Source: an uncultured Gammaproteobacteria bacterium (GTDB lineage Bacteria > Pseudomonadota > Gammaproteobacteria > CAYGNG01). From it: a stretch of DNA of 64,000 nt. A model generated the notes under the pieces. That model saw only the letters and a list, made by a program, of their open reading frames with translations. It searched no databases and was not told the origin of the DNA. Shown here in pieces: positions 39,901 to 49,459 of this stretch (position 1 is the first letter of the stretch; each line of letters begins with the position of its first letter). The DNA lies in contig CAYGNG010000007.1 of NCBI GenBank assembly GCA_964351225.1, positions 2,590 to 66,589 on the forward strand, written 5' to 3'. The translations under genes were made by a program, and so were the position numbers.

Positions 39901-40853
39901 GACTGACCTTCTAACTGTGCCATCACGGCTAGCAAATGTTGGTCCCACTCGGCTTTAAACGTTATGGCCCGGGCAAGATGAGGTAAGTATAAGCTTATCT
40001 CTGCGGCATGTAAAAATAACCGATCACACGCTAGGCGGTGCGTAACGGCCATATCGCGCGTTTTCGTATATTTGTGATCACCGATAATGGGATGGCCTAG
40101 CAAAGTGGCGTGAACTCGGATTTGATGCATCCGACCAGTTTTAGGGATCGCTTCAACTAACGTGCAATCCTCAAACCGTTGCAGCACATTAAATAGCGTC
40201 ACAGAGGCTTTACCGTCGTCTGAAACATCCACCAAATGCTCGCCTTGATTAAAGCGATTCTTAGCCAGTGCCGCATCGACTTCTATCTTATCTTTTTCCA
40301 CAACGCCATCGAGCAATGCCACGTATTTTTTCATAACGCTACCATGGCGCAATTGTTCGTGGCAGGCTAACAAGGTCGCGCGCGTTTTCGCAATTAATAA
40401 ACATCCCGACGTTGCTTTATCCAAACGGTGTACTAACCCAAGCGTGAGTTCCGGATAATGGGATGATAAAATATCTATTACGCCAAATGGCACCAGAGTA
40501 CCACGATGGACAGCCAAGCCAGCAGGCTTGTTGATAACTAATAGCTCATCATCTTCGTATATTTTTCGTTGACCTAACAAGGAATCAACTATTTTCTTAT
40601 GTGTTACATTTGAACACTTGGCAACCACGTGTCGAAGCGGTGGCAATCGCACGATGTCGGCCAATTGCAATCGATGCTCTGCTTTTGCGCGTTTTTTATT
40701 AATCCGAACTTCGCCTTGTCGAATGGCTCGATAAATCCGACTTTTTGGTACCCCTTTGAAGGTCTTGATTAGAAAGTTGTCCACTCGTTGGCCGCTGCTG
40801 TCTTGTTTTATCGTCACCTCGACTACCTGATTTTGAACACGGTTTTCTTTCAC
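39897..40853 (-). CDS. rluC: 23S rRNA pseudouridine synthase RluC
   Basis: S4 domain GQRVDNFL, HRLDKATSG, TGRMHQIRVH; divergent from rne. Confidence 0.93.
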   Translation of the reverse strand: MKENRVQNQVVEVTIKQDSSGQRVDNFLIKTFKGVPKSRIYRAIRQGEVRINKKRAKAEHRLQLADIVRLPPLRHVVAKCSNVTHKKIVDSLLGQRKIYEDDELLVINKPAGLAVHRGTLVPFGVIDILSSHYPELTLGLVHRLDKATSGCLLIAKTRATLLACHEQLRHGSVMKKYVALLDGVVEKDKIEVDAALAKNRFNQGEHLVDVSDDGKASVTLFNVLQRFEDCTLVEAIPKTGRMHQIRVHATLLGHPIIGDHKYTKTRDMAVTHRLACDRLFLHAAEISLYLPHLARAITFKAEWDQHLLAVMAQLEGQS

Positions 40854-41286
40854 GACGTACCTCTAGCCGCTTCTCGGCCACTGCTGATATCTGTTTGAAT
40901 GAACAATAAAACTTTGATAAAATAGCACAGCGATAACAAGGAGATGTCTCCAAATATTGTGTAAATTGCGAATATAACACTTGTTTATATGTTGGTCAAT
41001 ATTGAAATCTGCTGTTGATGTCAGCTTTTTAAAACCAACAGGGGAAAATTAAAAAAATCGCGATAACTATTAATGATGGACAGCGACAAAAAAACTGTTA
41101 GAGAGATGATTAATTTAACAAAGATGATAACCTATAAACTTCATCGAAACATAAAGAAAACATTTATTCCCTACAGAAAATGTAAAAAAAATTAATCTGC
41201 TATCGGAAGCAGCCATTTTATATTGTAATTGTCTATAACGCCCTAATCATCATTTCATAGTCCTCGCATTGATATAAGAGAAAATC

Positions 41287-43785
41287 ATGGCTACTAATTT
41301 GATATTAATTGATGGTTCTTTAACAGAAGAAATCCGCGTCGCGTGCGTTAAATCTAAAGATCCCTACCACGCAGATAATCCACATATTCTTGGTAATCTC
41401 GATATTGAGCGCCCAGGCCGAGAACAAAAAAAAGCAAATATCTACAGTGCAACCATTACTCATATAGAGCACAGCCTAGATGCCGCATTCGTTAACTTTG
41501 GCTCTGCCCGCCATGGCTTTTTACCTTTAAAAGAAGTTGCACCCAATTACTATGCCTCGCCGGGTAACCAAAACGAATCCGCCAGATCGGAATTGGTCGT
41601 TGGGCAAAAAGTTTTAGTGCAAGTCGAAAAAGAAGAGCGTGGCAACAAAGGCGCTGCTTTAACAACATACATCACCCTTGCCGGTTGCTATTTAGTTTTG
41701 ATGCCAAATAATCCCGAAGCCGGTGGCATTTCCAGACGCATTGAAGGTGACGAACGCTCAGAACTGAGAGACATTATTACCGCGCTACCCCTCCCAGAAG
41801 GCATGGGTTTAATTGTCAGGACAGCTGGCGAAGGGCGAAAACCAGAAGAATTAGAATGGGATCTCAACGTGTTGCTGCGCCAATGGGAAGAAATTACTGA
41901 AGCCTTTGAAAACAGACCCAATCCTTCCCTCATTTACCAAGAAAGTGACGTTATTATCCGCACCATCCGCGATTATTTTCGCGAAGAAATTCAAGAAATA
42001 ATTATTGCTGATCCAGAAGTTTATCAGCGCGCATTGGATCATGTTAAACATGTTCGCCCTCAATACGCGAACCGAGTCAAACTCTATCAAGAAAAGATTC
42101 CTTTATTCATTCGTCACCGAGTTGAATCACAAATTGAAACCGCCTTTCAAAGAGAAGTTCGCCTACCCTCAGGTGGTGCTATTGTTATTGATCACACAGA
42201 AGCCATGGTATGCATTGACATTAACTCTTCTCGAGCCACAAAAGGTGGTGACATTGAAGAAACGGCATTACAAACTAATTTAGAAGCAGCAGAAGAAATT
42301 GCTCGCCAATTACGCTTGCGAGACATTGGCGGATTAATTGTTATCGACTTTATTGATATGACGCCTTCTCGTAATCAACGCGATGTTGAAATTCGCTTGC
42401 GAGAAGCCTTAAAAGTTGATCGTGCGCGAGTTCAAGTCGGCCGCATCTCACGGTTTGGTCTGCTGGAAATGTCCAGACAACGTTTGCGCCCTTCTATTGC
42501 TGAAGCCATTCAAATGGCTTGCCCGCGTTGCCATGGCCAAGGCAGCATTCGCAATATCAAATCACTCTCTTTATCCATCATTCGACTCATCGAAGAAAAT
42601 GCCATCAATAAACAAGGCACAGTTGAAATCCAAATACAGATCCCACTTGATCTTTCTACCTATCTGCTAAACGAAAAGCGGCACCTCCTTACCGCGATAG
42701 AGCAAAAAACAAATGTCAACATCATGGTTATCCCTAACCCTGGGTTGCAAACCCCAGACTATCGCCTCAAGCGCTTAAAGAAAGAAGATCTCCCTAGCTC
42801 TGGAAAACAGCTTTCAAGCTATGAACATCGAAACTATATCGAGGAAGATTTAATTTCTACCGCTTTTGAAGAAACCGAAGATGCGCCAAGAGAAAAACCA
42901 GCGGTTTGCCAAAACTCGACGCCTTATACAGAAGCCGCATCTTTAGGAAAACACAACAGCAGCAACGCAATCCCCCATCCTCAAACCAGACAATCGGGTT
43001 TACTCCGTCGATTATTTTCTGGATTATTGGGAAGACCTTGCCAAACTCAAGAAAACAAATCCGAACCGAGTAGCCAACCAAGCAAACCAAAACCGCGGCA
43101 ACAACATAACAAACCCATCCGCAGCAGCAGCAACAAGTATCATGATGCTTCCTCTAGTAATGAAGAGTACGATAATAATCGTCGCTCGAATAATAACAAT
43201 AATCGCCGCGGCCAATCTAGAAAAATTGGGCACCGCACTACTAATCCTGTCTCCGCCGACAAAGCCACCACGGCGGCTGGCACCCCGGATGAACCAAATC
43301 AAACCGCTTCCCACAGTCAAAAGCAACCTCGCCAGAGATCTTACAACAACAGAGGACAACAAGACGCCAGAGGTAGCCGTCACAGCAATAGCAATAGCAA
43401 CCGTAATCAACGCGCACGCACAACCGGTAACAACAGTCATCGCAATCGAAGCGCTAGCAGTGACAATCGCAATAAAAACACGAACCCCGAGACACAAAAT
43501 AATAACCCGTACGATCCCTACGCCGGCATTCAACCGGTTACTGAAAAATTTGAAGAAATTTCAGTTTACCGCAACCAAGTGATGTCGAGTGCGGATAGTC
43601 AACAACCAAATGAAAGCGCTAGCATCAAACGCGAGCCTCCTAAAGACACAACGACTGCCGTCACTAAACCACCATCAACGGAACCAGAAACGGGCAAGCA
43701 AGAGAAAGCGAAATCTTTTGCAAAGCGCCATGCCAAACGTCGCCGCGGCCACCTCAGAACAAAAATGAAGGAAAACAACGAGTAA
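41287..43785 (+). CDS. rne: Ribonuclease E
   Basis: AAFVNFG...GFLP, DINS, IVIDFIDM, CPRC, amphipathic SGLLRRLFSGLLG and an Arg/Asn-rich disordered tail. Confidence 0.96.
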   Translation: MATNLILIDGSLTEEIRVACVKSKDPYHADNPHILGNLDIERPGREQKKANIYSATITHIEHSLDAAFVNFGSARHGFLPLKEVAPNYYASPGNQNESARSELVVGQKVLVQVEKEERGNKGAALTTYITLAGCYLVLMPNNPEAGGISRRIEGDERSELRDIITALPLPEGMGLIVRTAGEGRKPEELEWDLNVLLRQWEEITEAFENRPNPSLIYQESDVIIRTIRDYFREEIQEIIIADPEVYQRALDHVKHVRPQYANRVKLYQEKIPLFIRHRVESQIETAFQREVRLPSGGAIVIDHTEAMVCIDINSSRATKGGDIEETALQTNLEAAEEIARQLRLRDIGGLIVIDFIDMTPSRNQRDVEIRLREALKVDRARVQVGRISRFGLLEMSRQRLRPSIAEAIQMACPRCHGQGSIRNIKSLSLSIIRLIEENAINKQGTVEIQIQIPLDLSTYLLNEKRHLLTAIEQKTNVNIMVIPNPGLQTPDYRLKRLKKEDLPSSGKQLSSYEHRNYIEEDLISTAFEETEDAPREKPAVCQNSTPYTEAASLGKHNSSNAIPHPQTRQSGLLRRLFSGLLGRPCQTQENKSEPSSQPSKPKPRQQHNKPIRSSSNKYHDASSSNEEYDNNRRSNNNNNRRGQSRKIGHRTTNPVSADKATTAAGTPDEPNQTASHSQKQPRQRSYNNRGQQDARGSRHSNSNSNRNQRARTTGNNSHRNRSASSDNRNKNTNPETQNNNPYDPYAGIQPVTEKFEEISVYRNQVMSSADSQQPNESASIKREPPKDTTTAVTKPPSTEPETGKQEKAKSFAKRHAKRRRGHLRTKMKENNE

Positions 43786-43795
43786 TAATGTGGTG

Positions 43796-43828
43796 AGCGA
43801 AGCAATCCACACAATGGATTGCTTCGCT
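43796..43828 (+). terminator. Perfect 14-bp hairpin after rne (terminator or palindromic repeat element)
   Basis: AGCGAAGCAATCCA-CACAA-TGGATTGCTTCGCT followed by a short T run. Confidence 0.65.
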
Positions 43829-43861
43829 TTTATACTCGCGGTGATGCAACGGAAAATTATT

Positions 43862-44134
43862 ATGGTAACTGATTTATTTGGGGCACTGGCTGTAATTACC
43901 TCCCTTATTTCTTTATGCCCTCAAATTCACAAAGCCTTTATCACCAAATCCTGCCGTGATTTATCCTGGGGAATGATAATCTTATTTATCGCTTCTGCTA
44001 TCAGCTGGCTTGGTTATGGGATCCTTTCAAATAGCTGGCCAGTATGGCTCACTAACGGCGTAGGACTTGTGATTACAATTATCTTAGCTGGATTAAAATT
44101 TCATTATGATCGACTGGACAGCAACAAAATATAA
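43862..44134 (+). CDS. SemiSWEET / PQ-loop family transporter (90 aa)
   Basis: Three TM helices, LCPQIHKAFITKSCRDLS, WLGYG, and Asn in TM3 (WLTNG); ATG 43862. Confidence 0.85.
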   Translation: MVTDLFGALAVITSLISLCPQIHKAFITKSCRDLSWGMIILFIASAISWLGYGILSNSWPVWLTNGVGLVITIILAGLKFHYDRLDSNKI

Positions 44135-44741
44135 CGCCATCTTATGCTTATCAGGGGGACACATTCCCAGCACGATGATTCGCAATTACTATTCCACTTA
44201 TCCACTGATTGCGACGGATGGTGCTGCCAATTATTTAAAAAAACACAACATCCCCATATCGATCATCATTGGAGACTTAGACTCAATAGATCGAAAAATA
44301 ACTCTAAATGAAAAAATAGTGCACATCAAAGATCAAAACACCACGGATTTTGAAAAAGCACTGCTCTATATTGAAGAACACCACCTATCCCCTACGCTGA
44401 TATTTGGTATGCAAGGCGGTGAAATCGATCATGCCCTTAATAACTTTCACTGCCTAGCCAAATTTAGCAAACGACTCACTCTGGTTTTTTGTGATGAGGA
44501 AAAAGAAAACAGCTGCAAATATGGTAAATTGATTTTCGATCAGATCGCGATCAGTGACAGAAAAGGTCATAAAATTTCCATACTCCCTTATCCGATGTGT
44601 GTGGTTTCAACAAGCGGATTACGCTGGCAATTAAATTGCTCACGACTAGCCATCGCGGAAAAAACCAGCGCAAGAAATGAAATTATCAGTGAGTACGCCA
44701 CTATCCGTATCCATGAAGGCAGCGCGCTCGTCATCGCTTAA
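44106..44741 (+). CDS. thiN: Thiamine pyrophosphokinase
   Basis: ATDGAAN, IGDLDS, DQNTTDFEKAL, GGEIDH, GLRWQL...RNE. Confidence 0.88.
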   Translation: MIDWTATKYNAILCLSGGHIPSTMIRNYYSTYPLIATDGAANYLKKHNIPISIIIGDLDSIDRKITLNEKIVHIKDQNTTDFEKALLYIEEHHLSPTLIFGMQGGEIDHALNNFHCLAKFSKRLTLVFCDEEKENSCKYGKLIFDQIAISDRKGHKISILPYPMCVVSTSGLRWQLNCSRLAIAEKTSARNEIISEYATIRIHEGSALVIA

Positions 44742-46154
44742 TTAGGGATTTTTTGCTGAAGCGCTCTCTGTTACTTCGCTTTCCTCCAATTCCTCTTTTT
44801 GTTGCAATTCAGATAATACGTCATCAAATAAGCCTAATAGCAAGTGACCATTTGGCTTTTTCCTTATTACTTCTTCTTTATTGCGAATTAGAGTGCTTTT
44901 TTTCGTTTTTTCAGCCGCAACAATTTGGCGGATAGTAAATGAAAGAAAGTCAAAACTTTTTTTATCGAGATTAGGATCTCTATTTTTAAGTTTCTTCTTA
45001 ATATCCGTAAGCGATCCCAGCTCGGCTTCATCGTCGAGTTTGCGTTTAAAAATACCGAGCTCGGAGAGTCGTTTTGCTTCCTCTTTTTGATCGGCTTGTG
45101 CCGCTAATCGCGCTTGGGCTTGAGTATAATCAACCACTCCTCTTATTTCCTGTGGTGAGCAGGTTGAATAAATACTATTTAGAATAAAAAGATCCTCTAA
45201 CAATGCTTTCCGACGGTCATCTGTCACACTCAACAGATGAGATACAATGCTGGGCCCATCAGCTGGGTGCAATGAAAAATTCCCACCAAAATAACACAGC
45301 GCGCGGATTGCATCGAGGTCCGGTCGATTTCCAGCAATATAAGCAAAAATCTCACGATATAATGCGGTTTTGCCATCAACTAATTCATTCGGATCCGTAA
45401 GACCTTTTTCACTAATACGCACAGGAATACTGTCGCCAAATAGCGTGGGCGCACCGCGCAAGAGCTCCATCTCATGCAGTGAATGCGTATTAGCACTCCT
45501 GCTGTTTGACACAAGCTGTGCAGACTGGCCAAGTTTAAATTCCGCCTCTTGTTGCAAGCCTTTTTCAATCTGTTTTCCTTTAGAGCGACGATCGGCAACA
45601 CCGTACTTTTGGCAGATATCGTTCGCTTGATCAGGGCGATTGGCTGCGTGTAACAAATCGACAACATTCGCGCCATCTTTCCCGACACGAGAGAATCCCG
45701 CACCATAATCATGCAAATAACCCAAAAGATAAAATTTTCTTTGTTTAGCGGCTAAATTTGCTGGTTGTTCCCGGCAACGATCCACTGAGTAAAAATTGAA
45801 ATCAACACCACGCTGATATAAACAAGCAAATAATTTATTGATTATCGCGACTGTCGACCGATGGGGAAGCAAGGGCGATCGATGAATAACGTAGTCTAAA
45901 ATATCGGCATCAGCAATTATCTGCTTGTTTTCTTGCAGTATCCAATCAAGTACCGGCAAAAGCTTGCTGGTCACGCCCTCAGATAGCGCTACTGCTCGAT
46001 CGTTAGCGCCAGCCTCTTCTAAAAATTGATCCGCGTACTGTTCGACAAGGTAACGAACATCGGGAACCGATATGCGGTACCCTGAAGCAATCAACTGATT
46101 GGGATCAAAAGAATTTTCGCCGGTAACTAACCCATTGATAATGGCTTTAAACAT
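44742..46154 (-). CDS. Hypothetical protein with degenerate ankyrin-like repeats and a Glu-rich C-terminus
   Basis: RGVDFN...PANLAA...LHDYGA...KDGANVVDLL and DGKTALY...LCYFGGN; ends KEELEESEVTESASAKNP. Confidence 0.7.
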   Translation of the reverse strand: MFKAIINGLVTGENSFDPNQLIASGYRISVPDVRYLVEQYADQFLEEAGANDRAVALSEGVTSKLLPVLDWILQENKQIIADADILDYVIHRSPLLPHRSTVAIINKLFACLYQRGVDFNFYSVDRCREQPANLAAKQRKFYLLGYLHDYGAGFSRVGKDGANVVDLLHAANRPDQANDICQKYGVADRRSKGKQIEKGLQQEAEFKLGQSAQLVSNSRSANTHSLHEMELLRGAPTLFGDSIPVRISEKGLTDPNELVDGKTALYREIFAYIAGNRPDLDAIRALCYFGGNFSLHPADGPSIVSHLLSVTDDRRKALLEDLFILNSIYSTCSPQEIRGVVDYTQAQARLAAQADQKEEAKRLSELGIFKRKLDDEAELGSLTDIKKKLKNRDPNLDKKSFDFLSFTIRQIVAAEKTKKSTLIRNKEEVIRKKPNGHLLLGLFDDVLSELQQKEELEESEVTESASAKNP

Positions 46155-46204
46155 TTTTATTGCCCTTTAAAAATTATGGTAGCGTACCATAACATTTAAA
46201 AATA

Positions 46205-46888
46205 TCAATGGGCTTTGGGATCCGCTGGGTAGCTGGTTAGCTCCATTTCATAAGCTCGCGTGATCTCATTATTGTTACTATCCGAATATTTCATTTTAGA
46301 ATAATACAGCCAGCGCTCATGCTCATTTGAAGTGACATGTGACTCACTTTGAACATAGCTATCCAGCAAATTAAGTAGCGATTCCGTGTACTCATAATAT
46401 TCGACTGAGCTAATGCATTCTTCTGGATTGTCACCATCATCACAGATAACCATCATGGCATCAGAAGCGTTTATCCTCTTCGCCCTATCTTGCAATGCTG
46501 TGAGAATTTGCGACTTATTTTCATGGCTAATTTGGTTGTCTTGCAACATTGAGATAGCCTGAGACGATTTCAATAAGTGCGCCATCGCGGTATTCTTTGC
46601 AGCAGAAGGTGTTAATATTACATAAAAAAACAAAAATCCTAATGAGAAGATCGATACGACCGAGCTTATTCTGAATGGCAGTCCGACATGTTTTTGCAAT
46701 GCACCGTACCATGCGCTTGCCAAACTCCAAAAGAATAAAATCAACACCACCCAGATCACTTTAGTATGTGTTTGGTGTCTGGTGTTGGTTGTACAAAAAA
46801 TGATTGCCAACACGGGTTGTATGACTAAGGCATAAATAACCGCTATGGCGATAAAGATCACAAGAAGCATTCCGAGGATACCAGACAT
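46205..46888 (-). CDS. Membrane protein with a PLDc_N-like N-terminal hairpin
   Basis: Three hydrophobic segments including TKVIWVVLILFFWSLASAWY, then a soluble helical domain with a Cys pair. Confidence 0.65.
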   Translation of the reverse strand: MSGILGMLLVIFIAIAVIYALVIQPVLAIIFCTTNTRHQTHTKVIWVVLILFFWSLASAWYGALQKHVGLPFRISSVVSIFSLGFLFFYVILTPSAAKNTAMAHLLKSSQAISMLQDNQISHENKSQILTALQDRAKRINASDAMMVICDDGDNPEECISSVEYYEYTESLLNLLDSYVQSESHVTSNEHERWLYYSKMKYSDSNNNEITRAYEMELTSYPADPKAH

Positions 46889-46918
46889 AGCGGATCTCTA
46901 ATTGACTGACATCTCCTT

Positions 46919-46945
46919 ATATCGGCTGCTCTGAAAACAACTTTA
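46919..46945 (-). promoter_or_regulatory. Sigma-28 (FliA) promoter
   Basis: Minus strand TAAA-GTTGTTTTCAGAGCA (15 nt)-GCCGATAT, 30 nt upstream of the 46888 ATG. Confidence 0.75.
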
Positions 46946-46973
46946 TTCGCACAGTGGATGGCCCCTTTGCGAT

Positions 46974-47738
46974 CTAAACAACCGTCACGGATGGTTGTTC
47001 TAAATATTCACGCACGCGATCTAAATCTTCTTGGGTATCGATTCCTGGGGGAAAATGATGGTTAGATTCAGCAACATGAATTTGATAGCCGTACCAAAGC
47101 GCACGCAATTGTTCTAATGATTCCATGGCTTCAATCTCTGGCTTTGGCAAAGCCACGTATTCTTTTAAAAAGCCCACGCGATAAGCATAGATACCTAAAT
47201 GGCGACAATGCCGAAAGCTCGAATTCTGAACACTTGGGTCAAAGTAAGGAATCGGGGAACGGCTGAAATATAACGCCCTACCCAAGTCGCTAAAAATGAC
47301 CTTTACGACGCTGGATTTCAAAACATCCTGTAAATTAGCTAATGGCTCACATAATGTCGCCATCGCAAACCCGGTATTCAAAAACAAATTCATGGCAACT
47401 TGATTAATGGCTTGGGCCGGGATCAATGGCTCATCGCCTTGTACATTCACAATAATGGTATCATCAGACCAGCCCTGTTGCTCACACACTTCGGCTATAC
47501 GCTCGGTACCACATTGGTGCGTTGCGCGGGTCATGCAAACATTGCTGGAAAAAGATTTTGCCACTTCAAGAATGCGCTCATCGTCGGTGGCAATGGTAAC
47601 CGACTTTGCTGACGATTGAATCGCTCGTTGATAGACATGCTGTATCATTGGTTTGCCCGCAATCATCGCCAAAGCTTTGCCATAAAGCCGAACCGACGAG
47701 AAACGCATGGGAATAACAACATGAAACGCTACCGACAT
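46974..47738 (-). CDS. kdsB: 3-deoxy-manno-octulosonate cytidylyltransferase
   Basis: [39 protein letters not shown]. Confidence 0.95.
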   Translation of the reverse strand: MSVAFHVVIPMRFSSVRLYGKALAMIAGKPMIQHVYQRAIQSSAKSVTIATDDERILEVAKSFSSNVCMTRATHQCGTERIAEVCEQQGWSDDTIIVNVQGDEPLIPAQAINQVAMNLFLNTGFAMATLCEPLANLQDVLKSSVVKVIFSDLGRALYFSRSPIPYFDPSVQNSSFRHCRHLGIYAYRVGFLKEYVALPKPEIEAMESLEQLRALWYGYQIHVAESNHHFPPGIDTQEDLDRVREYLEQPSVTVV

Positions 47739-47908
47739 TCTTCTTCCTTTAATTTTCGCGCCTCTTCCACCAACATAATGGGAATATCGTCTTTAATAGC
47801 GAAAGCCAATTTATCGACTTTACACAGCAATTCTTCGGCGTTTTTATCATATTTCAAAGCGCTCTTGCATATTGGACACGCTAAGATCTCTAATAGTTTA
47901 GCATCCAT
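47729..47908 (-). CDS. ycaR: Trm112-family protein (YcaR), 59 aa, missing from the ORF track
   Basis: Manual translation [18 protein letters not shown]...[14 protein letters not shown]; overlaps the kdsB start. Confidence 0.9.
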   Translation of the reverse strand: MDAKLLEILACPICKSALKYDKNAEELLCKVDKLAFAIKDDIPIMLVEEARKLKEEECR

Positions 47909-47941
47909 TTTCCCAACCTCCTGGCCCTTAAGAAAGGGTAA

Positions 47942-48598
47942 TTATACCACAGCTTGTCGTAAATACATCGGCTCACAAGTCATTGCCGTTTTTAGCAAAC
48001 CTTGCTGATAATCGTAGCTGGCTAATGCAACCACATCGGTTGCTTGTGGGTATGGCAATTCAATCCTATTTCTTGGCTGAACCGCATGCTTTTCTGAATA
48101 CCACGTTATCTCGGCTTTTGAACCGGCAACCACACAAGCATCGGTTTTAGGCTTAGGGATCACTTCGATGCTCGACAACTCACACTGCCCTATGACTTGT
48201 CCATTTTCCAGATTAAACCAACCCCAATACACTTCTTTCATTTTGGCGTCAATAATAACGAGCACTTCACCAACATCGGCTTGCTCTTGCCATACTCGAT
48301 AAGCAATTGCTTTTAGGCTTGTGATTTCTATAATGGGCGTATCATTGGGGTACGCTAACCCTTGCGCTATCCCGCTAGCCAACCGGATCCCAGTAAAACT
48401 ACCTGGCCCATTCACGTAGGCAATTGCTTGCAAATGTGCAATTTTAATATGTGCCTGCCTAAGTAAGCCATCAATTATTGGTAAAATAACCTTGGCTTGT
48501 TGCCTGGGTTGCACAACACATTCTGAGTATAGGGTATCGTCTAGCAATAACGCGGCGGAGCAACTTTCTGAAGAGGTATCAAATGCTAACAATTTCAT
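47942..48598 (-). CDS. tsaB: tRNA threonylcarbamoyladenosine biosynthesis protein TsaB
   Basis: LAFDTS, GPGSFTGIR, DAKMKEVY, PMYLR; ATG 48598. Confidence 0.93.
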   Translation of the reverse strand: MKLLAFDTSSESCSAALLLDDTLYSECVVQPRQQAKVILPIIDGLLRQAHIKIAHLQAIAYVNGPGSFTGIRLASGIAQGLAYPNDTPIIEITSLKAIAYRVWQEQADVGEVLVIIDAKMKEVYWGWFNLENGQVIGQCELSSIEVIPKPKTDACVVAGSKAEITWYSEKHAVQPRNRIELPYPQATDVVALASYDYQQGLLKTAMTCEPMYLRQAVV

Positions 48599-49043
48599 GA
48601 GACCAAACCAACATCGAAATGGCTTTGAACTTGGCAACCGACATGGCGCCTCGTTGATTGCTTTTGGATTTTTTATCCGGATCATCCAGCGCTTTTTCAA
48701 TCACCGCTCTATCGCAAGCATAAATTGCCATCGGTTCATAAAAATTATTAAATAAGACCAGTAATAAACGATTCCAATCACCCTCTCGATTGATTTGTCC
48801 AAGCCGATAATTTTTGCGATCGGTGTTAAAAATTACGCGCCCTTTAATTTGAATTTTATGCTGTCCATCTAAAGCATCAACTCCTTTATAGGCCTGCTCC
48901 GGTTTACTTAATTTCAATAAGCGCATGGCATCAAATCGTGCTAATTCAGAGCTGACTGGCAACGTTTGCTGCGTCGTTTGATAGTACTCGGCCGCTAACC
49001 GTCTGGTTTGTGCCATTAACCGCTCTACTTCATACACCGACAT
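48579..49043 (-). CDS. Hypothetical protein with a PD-(D/E)xK-like motif
   Basis: 154 aa from MSVYEVE; ELARFD...GVDA...IQIKGR. Confidence 0.7.
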   Translation of the reverse strand: MSVYEVERLMAQTRRLAAEYYQTTQQTLPVSSELARFDAMRLLKLSKPEQAYKGVDALDGQHKIQIKGRVIFNTDRKNYRLGQINREGDWNRLLLVLFNNFYEPMAIYACDRAVIEKALDDPDKKSKSNQRGAMSVAKFKAISMLVWSHEIVSI

Positions 49044-49050
49044 GAATCGA

Positions 49051-49377
49051 TTAGCCCTCTTCAAAGTATTGCCGTTTATTACTCACATCACGCCATTCGT
49101 CAGCGTTTGGCAACGGATCCTTCCTTTCTGATAGGACCGGCCAAATTTGGCTATATTTTGCATTGAGCTCTAAAAACGCTCTCTGATCAGCTGGCACATC
49201 ATCCTCTGCGTAAATTGCATTAACCGGACATTCTGGCTCACATAATGCACAATCGATACAATCCTCTGGATTGATAACCAACATATTTGGCCCTTCATGG
49301 AAACAATTAACTGGACACACCTCGACACAATCAGTTAGCTTACATTTAATACAGCTTTCAACAATCACAAATGCCAC
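49051..49377 (-). CDS. fdxA: 7Fe ferredoxin (FdxA type)
   Basis: [18 protein letters not shown]...[12 protein letters not shown]; GTG start after GGGAGGG. Confidence 0.93.
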   Translation of the reverse strand: MAFVIVESCIKCKLTDCVEVCPVNCFHEGPNMLVINPEDCIDCALCEPECPVNAIYAEDDVPADQRAFLELNAKYSQIWPVLSERKDPLPNADEWRDVSNKRQYFEEG

Positions 49378-49459
49378 AGCAGCCCTCCCGCTCTCCTGAA
49401 CAAACAAGAACGTTAATACCAAAAAGCTTGTCCCAGGTAAAGCAGAAAAGTTGTATCGC

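Noticed and set aside
43024-43582. Long hydrophobic alternative-frame ORFs within the rne 3' region
   Set aside because: By-products of the low-complexity Asn/Arg/Ser codons of the RNase E disordered tail.
43786-43861. TPP riboswitch upstream of SemiSWEET-thiN
   Set aside because: The gap is only 76 nt and has no CTGAGA core; only a simple hairpin is present.
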